From NCBI GenBank assembly GCA_964360965.1, contig CAYHYM010000003.1:30001-62000 (forward strand): DNA of 32,000 bases, written 5' to 3'. The position numbers and the translations under genes were made by a program. Shown here in pieces: positions 29,773 through 32,000 of the stretch; the first letter of the stretch is position 1, and each line of letters begins with the position of its first letter. The DNA comes from an uncultured Gammaproteobacteria bacterium. GTDB lineage: Bacteria > Patescibacteriota > Microgenomatia > Daviesbacterales > UBA10151. The notes below the pieces were generated by a model. The model saw only the letters and a program-made list of their open reading frames with translations, was not told the origin of the DNA and did not search any database.

Positions 29773-30045
29773 TCATTTAATCAGTCTCTTAATGGTTTTG
29801 CCTGCAGTAAAACCGGGAAGTTTTTTGCTGGGGATTTGAATAATCTCTCCTGTCTGAGGATTTCTGCCCCGCCTGGCAGACCTTGATCTTATCAGAAATG
29901 TACCAAAACCAGAAATAACCACTTTCTCGCCACGAACCAAACTATCTCTTACTAAATTAAAGGTAGAATTGACTGCATCTTGAGCTGCTCTTTTGGTCAA
30001 ACTAGCTTTTTTGGCAACCTTTTCTATTAATTCGTTTTTAGTCAT
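29773..30045 (-). CDS. hup: HU family DNA-binding protein
   Basis: 90 aa: MTKNELIEKVA...GFGTF..R.R.AR.GRNPQTGE.I.IP....P.F..GK, the canonical HU/IHF pattern. Confidence 0.92.
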   Translation of the reverse strand: MTKNELIEKVAKKASLTKRAAQDAVNSTFNLVRDSLVRGEKVVISGFGTFLIRSRSARRGRNPQTGEIIQIPSKKLPGFTAGKTIKRLIK

Positions 30046-30051
30046 AGATTT

Positions 30052-30080
30052 TATATAACAGAAGTTTTAACTTTTGTAAA
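30052..30080 (-). promoter_or_regulatory. HU promoter TTTACA-17-TGTTATATA, 6 nt before ATG 30045
   Basis: The minus strand reads TTTACAAAAGTTAAAACTTCTGTTATATAAAATCTATG. Confidence 0.55.
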
Positions 30081-30081
30081 G

Positions 30082-30100
30082 CCCCAAATCAGTTTTGGGG
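30082..30100 (-). terminator. hairpin CCCCAAA-ACTGA-TTTGGGG spanning the rny stop codon (weak terminator candidate)
   Basis: 7-bp stem with the TGA stop in the loop. There is no clear U-run, and it lies immediately upstream of the HU promoter. Confidence 0.3.
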
Positions 30101-31420
30101 AGTGGTCATGGTATATTCAGAAACTCTTTTCTCTCTGATGGATGTTATTCTAACTGCACCCGGTACCATCACTTCTTTGGATACTCTTGAAGCTATATCA
30201 TGGGTTAATTTTGGTAGATCTTCATCTGATACCTTTTCAGGGATAACAATCACCCTCACCTCTCTACCTGCTTGCAAGGCATAAGCTTTTTCAACACCCT
30301 CAAATTCGGTGGCTATTTTTTCAATATCAGATAATCTTTTGATATATTCTTCTACATCCTCATGTCTTGCCCCAGGTCTTGCTCCGGATATGGCATCAGC
30401 AATATAAACAAGTATGGATTCAATTGAGGAGAATGGTTGATCCTCATGATGCTGGGCAATACAATCTACCACCTCCTGGGGAAAACCAAATTTTTTGGCA
30501 AGTTGGACACCTCTTTCTACATGAGTACCTTCATCCCAATCAGTCAAAATTTTTCCCACATCATGAAGAAGACAACCAAGCCTTACCACATTAACATTAG
30601 CATGGAGTTCTTTGGATAAGGCAATGCCAATTCTTGTTTCCTCTAGTGTGTGGGTAATCATATTTTGACCATATGAGTATCTGTATTTGAACCTACCCAA
30701 AAGACAAACAACTTCTCTTGGCAAATTGTAAACCCCAACATCATGACAAAGCTTTTCACCTGCCTGACACATCAATTTCTCTAAATCTTGCTTGGTTCTT
30801 TCTACGATCTCCTCAATTCTTTGCGGCTGTATCCTTCCGTCTGCAATCAGTCTCTCCAGCGCCACCTTGGCAATTTCCCGTCTGATGGGATCAAAAGAAG
30901 ATATAATCAGACTGTTTGGAGTTTCATCATCCATCACTACATCGCAACCTGTTGCCTGTTCAAAAGTCCTAATATTCCTTCCTTCCTTACCGATAATTCT
31001 TCCTTTAATCTCCTCATCAGGTAGAGAAACTACCGATGTAGTAAATTCGCTGATATAATCTGTTGCTCCATGCAGCATCGCATCTGACAAAATCTGTTTA
31101 ATCCGCTCATCTACCTCAAGTTTTATCTCATCTTCCGCTTGCTTTACTTTTTTAGAAATTTCTGCTGATAAGTCTTTTTCAATCTGCTCTAGAAGAATTT
31201 TTTTGGCCTCTTCCACATTCATCCCTGAAGCTTTCTCCATTTTCCCGGTCAAGTCTTTGCTTAAGTTTTCCAACTCTGTTAATCTTAAATCAGCTTGAAT
31301 TTGTTTTTCAGCAATTTGGCGTTCTCTTTCCTCCAAAATTCCCTCTCTTTTGGCAAGTTCTGCTACATCTGCAGAGACAGATGAAACAACTAAATTTTTA
31401 GGACTGAATGTTTTTTGCAT
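30089..31420 (-). CDS. rny: ribonuclease Y (KH + HD domains), without the usual N-terminal membrane anchor
   Basis: Coiled-coil N-region, KH motif IIGKEGRNIRTFE and HD domain LLHDVGK...HH. The first 40 residues contain no hydrophobic helix. Confidence 0.85.
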   Translation of the reverse strand: MQKTFSPKNLVVSSVSADVAELAKREGILEERERQIAEKQIQADLRLTELENLSKDLTGKMEKASGMNVEEAKKILLEQIEKDLSAEISKKVKQAEDEIKLEVDERIKQILSDAMLHGATDYISEFTTSVVSLPDEEIKGRIIGKEGRNIRTFEQATGCDVVMDDETPNSLIISSFDPIRREIAKVALERLIADGRIQPQRIEEIVERTKQDLEKLMCQAGEKLCHDVGVYNLPREVVCLLGRFKYRYSYGQNMITHTLEETRIGIALSKELHANVNVVRLGCLLHDVGKILTDWDEGTHVERGVQLAKKFGFPQEVVDCIAQHHEDQPFSSIESILVYIADAISGARPGARHEDVEEYIKRLSDIEKIATEFEGVEKAYALQAGREVRVIVIPEKVSDEDLPKLTHDIASRVSKEVMVPGAVRITSIREKRVSEYTMTTPQN

Positions 31421-31533
31421 AACTAATAGAAACTAGGGGAAACCGAAATTAATTTCGGCTCTGAGGAGTAATATAATTATGTAAGTTTATCTCTTTCATA
31501 AAACCTCAGTATCTCTAGTTTTCCAAATATAGT

Positions 31534-32000
31534 TTATCTCTTTTCCAAAACATTTGCAACTACATTTTTAACAACGGAATATTCAAACCCTCTTCTTAAT
31601 AAAAATTCCCATGCTTTTTTCTTCAAATCTCGTAGAGATTTCTCGTTCAATTCATCCTCCGGCAAGCTTTTCCATACCTTCATTTTTTTCTCCAAAGCCT
31701 GAGAAGCTACCTCTTCTTCACTGTCCCCTGTACCCTGTTCACTGATCACTTTTTCAATTATTTCCCTATCAATACCTTTTTGATAAAGTTCCTGCTTTAG
31801 AGCAATCTTACCTTTTTTTCTAGACCTTCTCCTTGCCTCAACCCAACTTTTTGCAAACTCTTCATCGGACAAAAGCCCCTTTTGTTTTAATTTAGTAATT
31901 AAAAGTTCTATTGCAGCTTCTGAGATTTCTTCTTTGTCTTTTATTTTTCTTTTAAAAGATAAGTTCTTTAAATATCTTCTAACTTCTTCCTCTGATCTTG
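31534..32000 (-). CDS. recX: recombination regulator RecX; the N-terminus lies beyond the right window edge
   Basis: The track ORF (31534..31872) starts at an internal TTG. The same frame stays open to position 32000 (..RSEEEVRRYLKNLSFKRKIKDKEEISEAAIELLITKLKQKGLLSDEEFAKSWVEARRR..). It shows the repeated three-helix RecX pattern and the C-terminal LLRRGFEYSVV. Confidence 0.75.
   Translation of the reverse strand, partial: RSEEEVRRYLKNLSFKRKIKDKEEISEAAIELLITKLKQKGLLSDEEFAKSWVEARRRSRKKGKIALKQELYQKGIDREIIEKVISEQGTGDSEEEVASQALEKKMKVWKSLPEDELNEKSLRDLKKKAWEFLLRRGFEYSVVKNVVANVLEKR

Overview
AT-rich, gene-dense bacterial chromosome segment (GC judged by eye at mid-30s %, not computed). All calls rest on motifs I recognise; no searches were run. 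Gene content suggests a reduced Patescibacteria/CPR-like genome (inference): split transketolase, minimal non-oxidative pentose-phosphate genes, archaeal-type AspRS, DUF5679 zinc ribbon, GT-C/PMT-like glycosyltransferases, DUF3048, DUF4446 and a compact RNase P RNA. I call 36 CDS, two of them missing from the ORF track (the edge-truncated transketolase and a 45-aa zinc ribbon) plus a 42-codon ORF. I also call one frame-disrupted PaaK-like gene, tRNA-Gln(CUG) and RNase P RNA. No rRNA, CRISPR array, transposase, integrase or prophage genes are visible. Signals that gene calls do not explain: (1) GC-rich composite palindromic repeats built around CACCTCGGAGGTG, which reads as SD plus anti-SD. They sit in frame inside aspS, cca, miaA and gltX, and also in intergenic DNA. 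A related GTCAT-hairpin-GAATC mini-hairpin accompanies them. (2) A 25-nt hairpin in the RNase P RNA P3 position recurs 24/25 identical in an intergenic region 3.3 kb away. (3) At least nine first-in-operon genes carry a -10 box, often the extended TGn form, only 6-9 nt before the start codon and have no SD. This implies leaderless mRNAs, while small accessory genes and several other genes (grx-like, wHTH regulator) use perfect GGAGGTG. (4) A near-consensus promoter drives a 42-codon hydrophobic ORF followed by mutually exclusive hairpins and a terminator, which looks like an attenuator. (5) secD and secF are separated by two translationally coupled unknown genes. (6) A small accessory islet holds a C39-like cysteine peptidase and three small ORFs.
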